Part shown: piece by piece, positions 17,260-26,443 of the stretch
Position numbering within the stretch: position 1 is the stretch's first letter
Layout: each line of letters opens with the position of its first letter
Source: Chloroflexota bacterium
Lineage (GTDB): Bacteria; Chloroflexota; Dehalococcoidia; UBA6926
Direction of reading: 5' to 3'
Assembly (NCBI GenBank): GCA_026713485.1
Contig: JAPOOK010000007.1
Span: 886-64,885 of the forward strand
DNA: 64,000 nt
Made by a program: the position numbers and the translations under genes
The notes under the pieces: model-generated
What the model saw: the letters and a program-made list of their open reading frames with translations, nothing else
Databases searched by the model: none
Told to the model about the DNA's origin: nothing

Positions 17260-18751
17260 CGGCGGCATCGTCCACCTTGTGGGCGCGGGACCCGGCGATC
17301 CCGGGTTAATCACGGTGCGGGGCGCGAGACTGCTCCGCCGCGCCGATGTCATTGTTTACGACAGGCTTGTGAACCCTTCTCTGCTGGCCGAGGCGCGCCC
17401 CGACGCGGAAATGGTCGATGTTGGCAAGCCCCCGTCACGCGGCGGCGAGCATCTACAAGAGGAGATTAACGAGTTGCTCATCGAGCGGGCGCGGGGTGGA
17501 GCGCGCGTCTTGCGGCTTAAGGGCGGCGACCCTTTCCTCTTCGGGCGTGGCGGCGAGGAGGCGGCAGCGCTCGCCGAGGCGGGCGTTAGCTTTGACGTTG
17601 TTCCCGGCGTTACGTCCGCGTTGGCAGGGCCTGCTTATGCGGGAATCCCGGCGACGGATCGCAATCTTGCCTCTGCCGTCCGTATCTATACAGGACAGCA
17701 ATCGCGCAACCCTCAGCCATTGTCCCCGACCAACCAGACGTCAATCGTCCTCATGGGAGTCCGCACACTCGCCAACACGGTCAGGGCGATGCTGATGGCC
17801 GGCTGGCCCGAAGACACACCCGCGGCAGTCATTGAACAGGCCACAACGTCTCGCCAACGGACGACGACGGCTACGCTTGAGACGATTGTCGGCGCATCGG
17901 CGGAGGTCGGAATCCGTCCCCCCGCCATCTTTATCTGCGGCAACGTTGTAGGACTCCGGGACAGCATCGGTTGGTTGGAGAAGAAACCGCTCTTCGGCCA
18001 CCGCCTGATGGTGCTGCGCGGAGAGACGCGGGCAGCGGAGCTGATCACGTTGCTGGATGACGCCGGGGCAGAGGTCGTCCACGTGCCCGCAGTCGCATTC
18101 GACGGCGCGGAGGATTGGACTGAGCCGGATTCAGCTATCGAGAGGCTGGTAGGTTTTCAGGTGATAGCATTTACGAGCGTCAACGGCGTTGATTTCTTCA
18201 TGAGCCGACTGCTTGATAGCGGACGAGACGCGCGGTCTTTGGCAGCGGCGCGAATTGCGGCCATCGGTCCGGCAACAGCGGCGGCTCTGAACCGCCATGG
18301 CCTGAACGCCGATCTTGTGCCGGGTCGATTCACCACCGGCGCGTTGGCGGACGCGATCGCTTCAGAGAGCGAACAGGGAGACACCGTGCTGCTCCCTCGC
18401 GGCAACCTTGCCGATGATGCCCTGCCCGCCGCGCTTAGAGAGCATGGCCTTGAACCAACCCCCATCGTCGTCTACAGAACGCTGCCCGGGCCTAGCCTCG
18501 CAGAGCGGGCAAAGGCTGCCATGGAACGGGGCATCGACGCCGTCCTGCTCACAAGTCCGTCAACTGCGCGCAACCTCGTTGAGGCGCTCGGCGATGACCG
18601 TTCACTATTGGACGGGATTCCTGTGATCTCCGCCGGCCCCACCACGTCTCGCGGGGCTGAGAACGTCGGCTTGCGCGTTGCGCAGGAGGCAACCGAGCAC
18701 ACGGCTGATGGCCTTGTTGACGCCGCGCTTGCGTGGGCGGGGAGCAACTGA
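17252..18751 (+). CDS. cobA: Uroporphyrinogen-III C-methyltransferase fused to uroporphyrinogen-III synthase (CobA/HemD)
   Basis: The N-terminal half has VHLVGAGPGDPGLITVRGARLLRRADVIVYDRLV (SUMT). The C-terminal ~250 aa are HemD-like. Confidence 0.88.
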   Translation: MASGGIVHLVGAGPGDPGLITVRGARLLRRADVIVYDRLVNPSLLAEARPDAEMVDVGKPPSRGGEHLQEEINELLIERARGGARVLRLKGGDPFLFGRGGEEAAALAEAGVSFDVVPGVTSALAGPAYAGIPATDRNLASAVRIYTGQQSRNPQPLSPTNQTSIVLMGVRTLANTVRAMLMAGWPEDTPAAVIEQATTSRQRTTTATLETIVGASAEVGIRPPAIFICGNVVGLRDSIGWLEKKPLFGHRLMVLRGETRAAELITLLDDAGAEVVHVPAVAFDGAEDWTEPDSAIERLVGFQVIAFTSVNGVDFFMSRLLDSGRDARSLAAARIAAIGPATAAALNRHGLNADLVPGRFTTGALADAIASESEQGDTVLLPRGNLADDALPAALREHGLEPTPIVVYRTLPGPSLAERAKAAMERGIDAVLLTSPSTARNLVEALGDDRSLLDGIPVISAGPTTSRGAENVGLRVAQEATEHTADGLVDAALAWAGSN

Positions 18752-19719
18752 TGAGTGCCGGGGATGGCCGTCGCGTGCTGCGCGTCGGCACGCGGAGAAG
18801 CCCGCTCGCGATGATCCAGACCGAGCTGTTCATGCAGGCCGTGCTCGCGAAAGAGCCCTCACTCGAGTTTGAGGTTGTTGGCATCACAACGACAGCCGAA
18901 CGGCAACCAACAACGCCGATTCCTGATTTGGGTCAGGGCGTATTCGTCAAGGAGATCCAGATCGCGCTTGCGAACGGTGAGATTGATTTCGCCGTCCACA
19001 GCCTCAAGGACCTGCCTACGCGCCTGCCACCCGGCCACACGTTGGCCGGGGTCATGCCCCGAAACGATCCGCGCGATGTTCTCGTCTCACGAGACGGTCA
19101 ACTATTGAACGAACTCCCCGCAGGCGCGCGTGTTGGGACCGGCAGCATCCGCCGTGCCGCGCAGGTCCTCGCTCACCGGCCTGATCTTGAGATTGTGCTG
19201 CTGAGAGGCAACGTGGATACCCGCGTGCGGAAGGTGACAGGTGAGGGTCGGGAGATCGAGGCGGAGGCTGCAGTGCTGGCCGCCGTTGGTCTTCAACGCC
19301 TCGGCATGGACGACGTCATCACGGAATTTCTCGAGCCGGATGTCATGCTCCCCGCCGTCGGACAGGGCGCGATCGGCATCGAGTGTCTTGAGACGAACGT
19401 ACAGGCATGCGCCGTCGCCGCGCTCACCGAAGAACGCGACCACAGAATCGCCGCTGAGGCCGAGCGCTCATTTTTGCGAGCGGTTGGCGGATTCTGCCGC
19501 ACGCCCCTCGCCTGCTACGCCACCGTGCAGGGTGGCAGCCTTTCCGTTGAGGCAATGGCTGCCACGCCGGATGGAACGGTCGTGTTGCGTGAGTCCATCA
19601 CCACGGACGCCTCCACAGAGTCGGAAGAAATCGGAAAGCGGCTCTTGGACTCGCTTTACGCCCGGGGCGCCGGCGACTTCATCATCCTGGACGACGAGCC
19701 GACCGCGGACGATGACTAG
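18751..19719 (+). CDS. hemC: Hydroxymethylbilane synthase (porphobilinogen deaminase)
   Basis: LRVGTRRSPLAMIQTE .. HSLKDLPT motifs. ATG 18751 overlaps the cobA/hemD stop as ATGA. The track ORF begins at 18733. Confidence 0.92.
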   Translation: MSAGDGRRVLRVGTRRSPLAMIQTELFMQAVLAKEPSLEFEVVGITTTAERQPTTPIPDLGQGVFVKEIQIALANGEIDFAVHSLKDLPTRLPPGHTLAGVMPRNDPRDVLVSRDGQLLNELPAGARVGTGSIRRAAQVLAHRPDLEIVLLRGNVDTRVRKVTGEGREIEAEAAVLAAVGLQRLGMDDVITEFLEPDVMLPAVGQGAIGIECLETNVQACAVAALTEERDHRIAAEAERSFLRAVGGFCRTPLACYATVQGGSLSVEAMAATPDGTVVLRESITTDASTESEEIGKRLLDSLYARGAGDFIILDDEPTADDD

Positions 19720-19728
19720 GCGCTATCG

Positions 19729-20616
19729 TTAGCCGGGTTTGCGTGCCAGCACGTCAAGCTGGTGCGCGATGTAGATCAGTTCTCCGAGCTCAACCTGCCT
19801 GTGACGTCCGGCGACCCACTCCTCAAGTCCCGCGCTGAACACGACGGCGTTTTCGCTGAGCGTTTCCCACACGAAGTTGATGATGTGATGCAGGAAATAC
19901 GCCACGTCCTCCGGATAGCCGCCGTCCTGCGGGTACACCACCCAATCTGATGAACCGGCCGCCGCTATCTCAAGGCCTGCTTGCGGAATTTCGGTCAACA
20001 GTGTCCTGCCCGCTTTGCGCCCGCCGGTTGGCAGGCCGTTCGGCGTCCTTCGGTCATCCATAGCGCGGTGGTAGCTGTCGAAAACACGTGCGTTGAGCAC
20101 GGCATTAGCGGTCGGTTCAAATACAGTTTCTCCGTCAAACGTGATCGGCAGATACAGTAGGCCACCCGGACGGAGCGCGTTGGCGGCGGCTCCAAGAAAC
20201 TCCGGTACGTTTAGCAGGTCAACAAGCGCCTGCGCAATAATCACGTCGGCTAATCGACCCGCCTCAGCCTCGCCCTGCAGATATGCGACGGCATCCCCGA
20301 CAACAGGATTCACCGACAATTCGGTTCCACCGCTTGAATCGAGAATCGCGTTGGCGGCCCGGGACGCCTCTTCAAGGCTCTCGGAGTCGTGGTCGACCAT
20401 TGTGTACTCGCCGCTTGACAGCAGGCCCCGCTCAAACAGCCGCCTGAACGTGCTGCCAACACCCGCGCCAAGTTCAATCACCCGAAGAGGTTTGCCTCCC
20501 ATGTCGGAGATGCCGTGCGCCAGCGCGTCGTACACGCGCGCATTCAGAGCATCGTCGTCTACGGCAGCCTTCGCCTTCAGGTAGCGAACAGTGTTGTAGT
20601 GTTCAGGTCCCGGCAT
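19729..20616 (-). CDS. Class I SAM-dependent methyltransferase
   Basis: Motif I VIELGAGVGSTF. It is the last gene of the five-gene minus-strand operon. ATG 20616 avoids the 47-nt overlap implied by the track start at 20649. Confidence 0.8.
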   Translation of the reverse strand: MPGPEHYNTVRYLKAKAAVDDDALNARVYDALAHGISDMGGKPLRVIELGAGVGSTFRRLFERGLLSSGEYTMVDHDSESLEEASRAANAILDSSGGTELSVNPVVGDAVAYLQGEAEAGRLADVIIAQALVDLLNVPEFLGAAANALRPGGLLYLPITFDGETVFEPTANAVLNARVFDSYHRAMDDRRTPNGLPTGGRKAGRTLLTEIPQAGLEIAAAGSSDWVVYPQDGGYPEDVAYFLHHIINFVWETLSENAVVFSAGLEEWVAGRHRQVELGELIYIAHQLDVLARKPG

Positions 20617-21694
20617 TGGCTTTCTCCACAGTCTCCAGCAGGAACTCACGGACGGATGTCATGGACTGTTCCCACGTGGGGTGGCGGGCGAATCGCTTGA
20701 GCGCCTGCGCGCCCATGCGCGCCAGACGCTTTCGATCAGTTGCGAGATCGCGTAGCCGCATAGAGAGTTCCGGCGCCGAGCCAGTGGGAATCAGGAAACC
20801 GTCACGGCGATCCGTGATGATCTCATGCGCCGCGCCTGAGTCTGTGGCAATGGCCGGCATCCCGAACGCCATCCCCTCCAGGTAGACGATGCCGAATCCC
20901 TCATATGAGGACGGAACCACGAGGACGTGCGCCTGCTCAAAATGCGCGCGGAGAGCGTCATCCGCCAGAGGTCCGTGGAATATCACTCGATCCCCAAGGC
21001 CGTCGTTCTCAACCTGCTGACGCACCTTGTTGGCGTACTCCGGCTCCACCTCAAGCCCACCCACGACATCTACGCGAATACCCACATTTCCCGTCAGGCC
21101 AAGAGCTTCTATAAGCACGTGTAGCTGCTTGCGCTCAATCACGTTCCCCAAGAACAGGATTCGCAGCGGACCGTCCGCGTTGGCTCGTTCCGTGACATCC
21201 TGTTCCGTCATAGAAACATCAAATCGGTCGCCTGCGGGGTATGCCAGAACGTTCGGCTTCTCCGTCCTGATCTGATCGTGGACAGCCTTGCGTGTCGTCT
21301 CACTGTTGAACACGAATCCGTCAACGGAGCGGAGATAGCGGCGCTCAATCACGCCATAGGCGCGGTTCTTCCACGCTGCGCGCTTCTCGCTCATACGCAG
21401 ATGATGGACGATAGAGATGATTGGCCACCGGCCGCGAACCGCGCCATTAACACGCCAGAGCGACGGATGATTCAGCTCATCCTGCAGCATCACGTCCACT
21501 TTTGCGGACTTCAGATCCCGGCGCAGCCTGCGCGAAAACACGTCCGTTAGGTGACGACCGTAATTGCGCCATGGAATCCCGATAATCCTGACGGTATCGC
21601 CCGCGCGCTCCAGTGTCTCAACCAGCCTGCGGTCATACAGATAGCCGCCGGACAGGGTATCCAGGCTGCCATAGATGATGAGGCCGACCCTCAA
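20603..21694 (-). CDS. Glycosyltransferase family 4 (GT-B, group 1)
   Basis: 363 aa. The C-terminal half has VVPSSYEGFGIVYLEGMAFGMPAIAT (E-x7-E region). Confidence 0.85.
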   Translation of the reverse strand: MRVGLIIYGSLDTLSGGYLYDRRLVETLERAGDTVRIIGIPWRNYGRHLTDVFSRRLRRDLKSAKVDVMLQDELNHPSLWRVNGAVRGRWPIISIVHHLRMSEKRAAWKNRAYGVIERRYLRSVDGFVFNSETTRKAVHDQIRTEKPNVLAYPAGDRFDVSMTEQDVTERANADGPLRILFLGNVIERKQLHVLIEALGLTGNVGIRVDVVGGLEVEPEYANKVRQQVENDGLGDRVIFHGPLADDALRAHFEQAHVLVVPSSYEGFGIVYLEGMAFGMPAIATDSGAAHEIITDRRDGFLIPTGSAPELSMRLRDLATDRKRLARMGAQALKRFARHPTWEQSMTSVREFLLETVEKANAGT

Positions 21695-22074
21695 CGCCGA
21701 ATCTCCCGCCGGTAGGACGCCCAGGCATCGTCCCCTTCCCAGACGCGGATTGTCATGTAGGCAAGCGGCTCGGTCGGAATGCGCTCTACGATGAAATCCC
21801 AGAGGATGCGGGCAAAATGCTCCACGCTGGGATTCAGTCCTTCGAATTCGGGAAGCTCGTTGAGCGTCTTGCCGGCATACCGGGTATCGATAGCGGCCAT
21901 GGCTTGTTCCACCGCAATGATGTCTACCAGGTAACCATGCCTGTCCAGACCCGGGCCCTCAACCAGCGCCTCCACCTTGTACGGGTGGGCGTTGAGTTCG
22001 TTTTCGGGGCCCCAATCACCGCCGATGAGGTAGTGCCAAGCTGTGAATTCATGGGAAACGGAAACGGTGTACAT
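21691..22074 (-). CDS. 6-pyruvoyl-tetrahydropterin synthase / QueD family protein
   Basis: 127 aa with FTAWHYLIGGDWGPENELNAHPYKVE (PTPS T-fold His motif). It overlaps the GT gene by 4 nt. Confidence 0.8.
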   Translation of the reverse strand: MYTVSVSHEFTAWHYLIGGDWGPENELNAHPYKVEALVEGPGLDRHGYLVDIIAVEQAMAAIDTRYAGKTLNELPEFEGLNPSVEHFARILWDFIVERIPTEPLAYMTIRVWEGDDAWASYRREIRR

Positions 22075-22109
22075 GCGCTTCTCCCAATATGGCGTTCAGC
22101 CTTCAGTAG

Positions 22110-23159
22110 CTAGGAACTATCGTACGTCAGCAGAACCTGGAGCGCATCGCCGGGAGACCCATCCAGCAGCCGATAGGCATCCGCCGCTTCCTCAACCGGA
22201 AAGCGATGTGTGACAAGCTGTGACGGCTTGAGGAGCTCCACCATTCGCCACGCCGTCGCAAATCGCCGCTGCTTATCCCATCGACCGGACAGTTCCGGCG
22301 CAATTGTCGTCACCTGGCTGCTGATGAGCTTGATACGGCTGCGATGAAAGCTGCCGCCCAGATCAACCGGCGCGCGCTTGGTCCCGTACCAGGAACCAAT
22401 GACGATGCGGCCGCCGTAGCCGGTCGCAGCAATAGCCGTGTCCAGTGCTTCCGGCCTGCCGGACAACTCGTAGACCAGATCCGCCCCATGGCTGTCGAAT
22501 GCCGCGGTGATTTTATCCATCATGCCGGGCACGGAAGAGTCATACGATGCTGTCGCGCCGAGTTCTAATGACATTTCTCGCCGCGCCTCAACGGTGTCCA
22601 GCGTGACGAGAGAGGCGAGGGGCATCTGCGCCAGCAGAGCAGTCGTCAGAAGACCGATGACGCCTTGTCCGATAACCAGGACGTTTTCTCCCACAAGCGG
22701 CGCGCCATCCATGGCAAAGTTCACCGCTGTTTCCATGGACGGCAGCGTCACTGCGTCCTCATACGAAACTCCTGCCGGAATCTCCATGAGCGACTCCTGC
22801 TCGGCCTCTAGTAGCGACTCGTGCGGATTGAACGCAAATACACGCCGGCCGAGCAGGTTGGCATCAATTCCTTCTCCAACCTGAATCACCTCGCCAACTG
22901 CCGCATAGCCATAACGAAGAGGAAATGAGAGGGTGCCCGCCAGTGCGGCGATGGAATCGTCCGCCGCCATCCCGGACGGCGCCTCGCCTCGGTAGACCAG
23001 CAGTTCCGTTCCCGCGCTGATTGCGGACAGCCGAGTGCGAACCAGAACTCGTCCCGGCCCTGGACCACCCACCTCGTCGTGCTGAACCTCAACACGGCGC
23101 GGGCCGACAAACGTTACCGTGCTCTTCGTTAGTCCGGCGGCCATGCCGGCCTGCCCCAC
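22110..23159 (-). CDS. MDR-family (zinc-type) dehydrogenase
   Basis: GroES-like N-domain plus Rossmann VLVIGQGVIGLL. It overlaps the upstream ribA-fusion gene. Confidence 0.8.
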   Translation of the reverse strand: MGQAGMAAGLTKSTVTFVGPRRVEVQHDEVGGPGPGRVLVRTRLSAISAGTELLVYRGEAPSGMAADDSIAALAGTLSFPLRYGYAAVGEVIQVGEGIDANLLGRRVFAFNPHESLLEAEQESLMEIPAGVSYEDAVTLPSMETAVNFAMDGAPLVGENVLVIGQGVIGLLTTALLAQMPLASLVTLDTVEARREMSLELGATASYDSSVPGMMDKITAAFDSHGADLVYELSGRPEALDTAIAATGYGGRIVIGSWYGTKRAPVDLGGSFHRSRIKLISSQVTTIAPELSGRWDKQRRFATAWRMVELLKPSQLVTHRFPVEEAADAYRLLDGSPGDALQVLLTYDSS

Positions 23160-24469
23160 ACAATCAGGTCGTCGCCCTCGCGTCGGTAGCCAAGACCCTG
23201 TAGTCGTGGGAACGCCTCGCTCGTTGCGCCGTTTGTGCTCGACACTGCGTGCAGTCCTCCCACGAGCGTCGGCGCAATTGTGATGACCACGTGATCGACA
23301 AACCGCGCTTCCAGCAGCTCCGTGATAACCCGTGCGCCGCCCTCAACCATCAGGCTTCGTACACCATCCTCGTAAAGCGTGGCCATCAGCGCCCGAAGAT
23401 CCACAAGGCCGTCCGACTCTCTTGCCGGAAGCCTTAGCACGCGCGCGCCCGCCGCCTCTAGCTCCACCTGTCGATCAACCGGCGCGTCCTCCAGCGTCGC
23501 TAGCCACGGCATCGTTCGATAGTCCTCCAGCAGGCTCGCGTTCAGAGGAAAACGGAGTCGGCTATCCAGCACGATTGGCTGCGGATCCTTGCCATCCGCC
23601 AGCCGAACAGTCAGGCGTGGATCATCCGCGATAACTGTTCCGATACCGACGAGAATGGCGTCGTTGGACGAGCGAAGCAGATGGGTCATCTCGGAGGACT
23701 TGGAGCCGCTGAGGTGAAGCGGCAGTGAATCGGCGTCGGCAATCGAGCCGTCAAGACTCTGCGCGTACGTCAGCGTCACGAACGGCCGACGGTTGGCATC
23801 CGCCAGTGCGTGTTTCTCGACTGTGGGCACGAACGGGCTCGCGACCTCGTCCGACTCGGGTGGCGCGATGTCCAACATGTGCCCCATGCGGTTCACCTTG
23901 GCGGTCAGATAGTCGACATTCTGCGTGGTGACGGGGCCCGGCACGGGCACCCTCCCCGCAACCCGAATGCCCAGTCCACGCAGTTCCTCAACCTTCGCGG
24001 GGTTGTTGGTCATCAGCCTGATGGATCGCGCGCCCAGCTCTTGCAGGATTAGGGCCGCTACGTCGTAACTGCGCTCATCCGCTTGATGCCCCAACTGCAG
24101 ATTGGCGTCGACAGTATCAAGCCCCTGGTCCTGCAGGTTGTATGCGCGGAGCTTTTCCAACAAGCCGATGCCGCGTCCCTCCTGCCGCAGGTAGACGATT
24201 ACGCCCGCGCCCTCTCGCGCCACCGCCTCAATCGCAGAATCCAACTGAGACGCACAGTCGCAGCGCTGTGAACCAAAGACCTCGCCCGTCAGGCACTCCG
24301 AATGAACACGGGTGAGTACATCCTCCCGCCCCTGGACATCTCCATAGACGAGCGCAAGGTGCTCCTTGCCATCGGAATCATTGGAAAAATAATCGAGCCG
24401 GAATTCACCGTGCGCGGTGGGAATGCGCGCAGACACGCTGCGCTCTACTCTTGTTGGATAAGAAGACAT
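23129..24469 (-). CDS. GTP cyclohydrolase II fused to a RibD C-terminal (pyrimidine reductase) domain
   Basis: The N-terminal half has RVHSECLTGEVFGSQRCDC .. YLRQEGRGIGL (GCH II zinc and active-site motifs). The C-terminal half has RPFVTLTYAQSLDGSIA .. MVEGGARV (RibD_C). No deaminase domain is present. Confidence 0.88.
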   Translation of the reverse strand: MSSYPTRVERSVSARIPTAHGEFRLDYFSNDSDGKEHLALVYGDVQGREDVLTRVHSECLTGEVFGSQRCDCASQLDSAIEAVAREGAGVIVYLRQEGRGIGLLEKLRAYNLQDQGLDTVDANLQLGHQADERSYDVAALILQELGARSIRLMTNNPAKVEELRGLGIRVAGRVPVPGPVTTQNVDYLTAKVNRMGHMLDIAPPESDEVASPFVPTVEKHALADANRRPFVTLTYAQSLDGSIADADSLPLHLSGSKSSEMTHLLRSSNDAILVGIGTVIADDPRLTVRLADGKDPQPIVLDSRLRFPLNASLLEDYRTMPWLATLEDAPVDRQVELEAAGARVLRLPARESDGLVDLRALMATLYEDGVRSLMVEGGARVITELLEARFVDHVVITIAPTLVGGLHAVSSTNGATSEAFPRLQGLGYRREGDDLIVWGRPAWPPD

Positions 24470-24540
24470 CGTTTCCCTGATTCCGGATTACCTGCCAGCC
24501 GGTTGAGCGCAGACCTCCACCACTCTGCGCAAACGTACCC

Positions 24541-24569
24541 ATGATTGGCATCATCGCCGCCAATGTCAA
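24541..24569 (-). promoter_or_regulatory. Possible promoter of the ribA-fusion operon
   Basis: Minus strand reads TTGACA (24569-24564), 17 nt, AATCAT (24546-24541). Confidence 0.35.
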
Positions 24570-24578
24570 TTCGGGCGC

Positions 24579-26381
24579 TTAACCGACGGCCTCCAGCAGA
24601 CGCAAGACGACCCCGGAATCCTTATCCCCTGCACCGTCTCGCCCCCGTGCCGCGTCCAGCAGTTCGCTCATACTTTGCCGTCCTGCCGCGGTACCGGAGC
24701 CAATCATCTTGGACAGTTCATCAGCGCGTGATTCGTGATCCCGCAGTTGTTCAATTCGCGTCACTGTCCGACCGTCCTGAGTGCGCTTGAGAACGCGGAT
24801 GTGTTGATCCGCATGAGCAGCCACTTGCGGCAAGTGTGTTACGCAGATCACCTGCTGCCTTATTCCCAGCCCGGCCAACTTGCTCCCGATCGTTCCGCCT
24901 ACGTGACCGCCCACACCGACGTCTATCTCATCGAATGCCAGCGTCCGCGCATCACCGCGCGCCAACACCGTCTTCACTGCCAGCATCACGCGAGCCATCT
25001 CCCCACCGGACGCAATTGCGGACAGCGGCCTCAATGGCTCTCCCTCGTTCGGCGCAATGAGAATCTCCACCTCATCGCTGCCCGACTCGTCACACCAGCT
25101 GAGCGCGTCCACGGGTTGTCCGGACTTGGCGTCTGTATCTCTGACTTCCGGGGCTGTGAGAGCGGAGCGCACGTCCACTACGACTCGAGTCCCTGCCAGC
25201 GCAAGCGTCTCAACTTCGGCTTCCAGCGCTCGTCCGAGCCGCGCGGCTGCATGTGACCGTTCGGCGGACAGAGACCGTGCCTCTTTGATGACTTGCTGGT
25301 TCAGCCGGCTTTCTTCGGCGAGCAGCTCTTCCAGACGGGTTGATGCCCTTTCCAGCCCGGCAACTTCGTTCTCAGTGTGCTCAGCCCATTCGAGTACATC
25401 TTCAAGCGAACCGCCATGCCTTCGTTTTAGGTCATCCAACGCCGCCATGCGTTCTTCCACGGCATCAAGACGGTTCGGGTCCGCCTCAAGCCCTTCCAGA
25501 TACCGCGCCAGCAAAAGAGCAAGTTCTTGCGCCTGTTCGGCGATAGCTGCCGCCGTTTCCGACGCCCCTCGCAGGTCTGCGTCCAGCGTCGCGGCGTCAC
25601 GCATGTTCTGGCTTATCTCCGCCAGCGAATCCACTACGCCGTTTTCGCCTCGACTCGATTCAATCAGGAGCGACCGCGCGGCTCCCGTTAGCGTACCCAG
25701 CTGCTCCGCGTGTGCCAGGCGGGAGCGTTCCCGTTCAAGCGCCACGTCTTCGCCGAGTACGGGCGCGACATCCCGGTATGCGGCCAATTCAAATTGCAGT
25801 TCGTCGCGCCGGGCCGTCACCTTTGCCTCTTCGCGCCGCAGCCGTCCAATACCGGAGCGAATCTTCTTGAGATGCCTGACGAACTCTGCAAGAGACTCCC
25901 GATCGCCCTCCAGGTCGCCATAGCGGTCGAGCATTTCTCTCTGCTCAACCTGTCCCAACAGCGCCAAAGTCTGACGTTGCCCGTGCGACTCCGCGAGAAT
26001 TCGCCCCGCCTCTTGCAACGTCTTGAGGGCAATCTTGCGCCCGTTCACCCGGCAGTCGCCGCGGCCCGTGTCATCAATCTCACGGGCGACGTGAATCGGT
26101 AGCGCATCCTCTCCGTGCTTGACGTCGAGTTTTTCCAAGAGCGCGGTTGGTAGGGTGCCGTAGGTCCCGTCCTGTTCAAAGACGGCCTCGATCCTTGCCT
26201 GCCGCGCTCCGGAGCGAACCATGGCCCCATCCGCCTTTGCGCCAAGAATCAATGCGATGCAGTTGACGATGATCGACTTTCCCGCGCCCGTCTCGCCGGT
26301 CAGCACGGTGAATCCGTCGTCGAACGGGATATCCAGCCGGTCGATGACGCCGATGTTCTCGATGGTCAGCCGTCGCAGCAT
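24579..26381 (-). CDS. recN: DNA repair protein RecN
   Basis: 600 aa. N-terminus MLRRLTIENIGVIDRL..LTGETGAGKSII, a long coiled coil, and a C-terminal SMC-like signature SGGE..LAFDEIDVGV. Confidence 0.95.
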   Translation of the reverse strand: MLRRLTIENIGVIDRLDIPFDDGFTVLTGETGAGKSIIVNCIALILGAKADGAMVRSGARQARIEAVFEQDGTYGTLPTALLEKLDVKHGEDALPIHVAREIDDTGRGDCRVNGRKIALKTLQEAGRILAESHGQRQTLALLGQVEQREMLDRYGDLEGDRESLAEFVRHLKKIRSGIGRLRREEAKVTARRDELQFELAAYRDVAPVLGEDVALERERSRLAHAEQLGTLTGAARSLLIESSRGENGVVDSLAEISQNMRDAATLDADLRGASETAAAIAEQAQELALLLARYLEGLEADPNRLDAVEERMAALDDLKRRHGGSLEDVLEWAEHTENEVAGLERASTRLEELLAEESRLNQQVIKEARSLSAERSHAAARLGRALEAEVETLALAGTRVVVDVRSALTAPEVRDTDAKSGQPVDALSWCDESGSDEVEILIAPNEGEPLRPLSAIASGGEMARVMLAVKTVLARGDARTLAFDEIDVGVGGHVGGTIGSKLAGLGIRQQVICVTHLPQVAAHADQHIRVLKRTQDGRTVTRIEQLRDHESRADELSKMIGSGTAAGRQSMSELLDAARGRDGAGDKDSGVVLRLLEAVG

Positions 26382-26443
26382 TGCATATGCCCCCTACAAC
26401 CTTGGGAGCACGGTATCAGAACGCGCGTTCGTGGTCAAGCTGG

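Noticed and set aside
24470-24578. An FMN (RFN) riboswitch upstream of the GTP cyclohydrolase II fusion.
   Set aside because: The spacer is only 109 nt and contains a promoter-like element plus one short hairpin. No RFN consensus (..GGGCGGGG..CCCACCGGCGG..) is visible.
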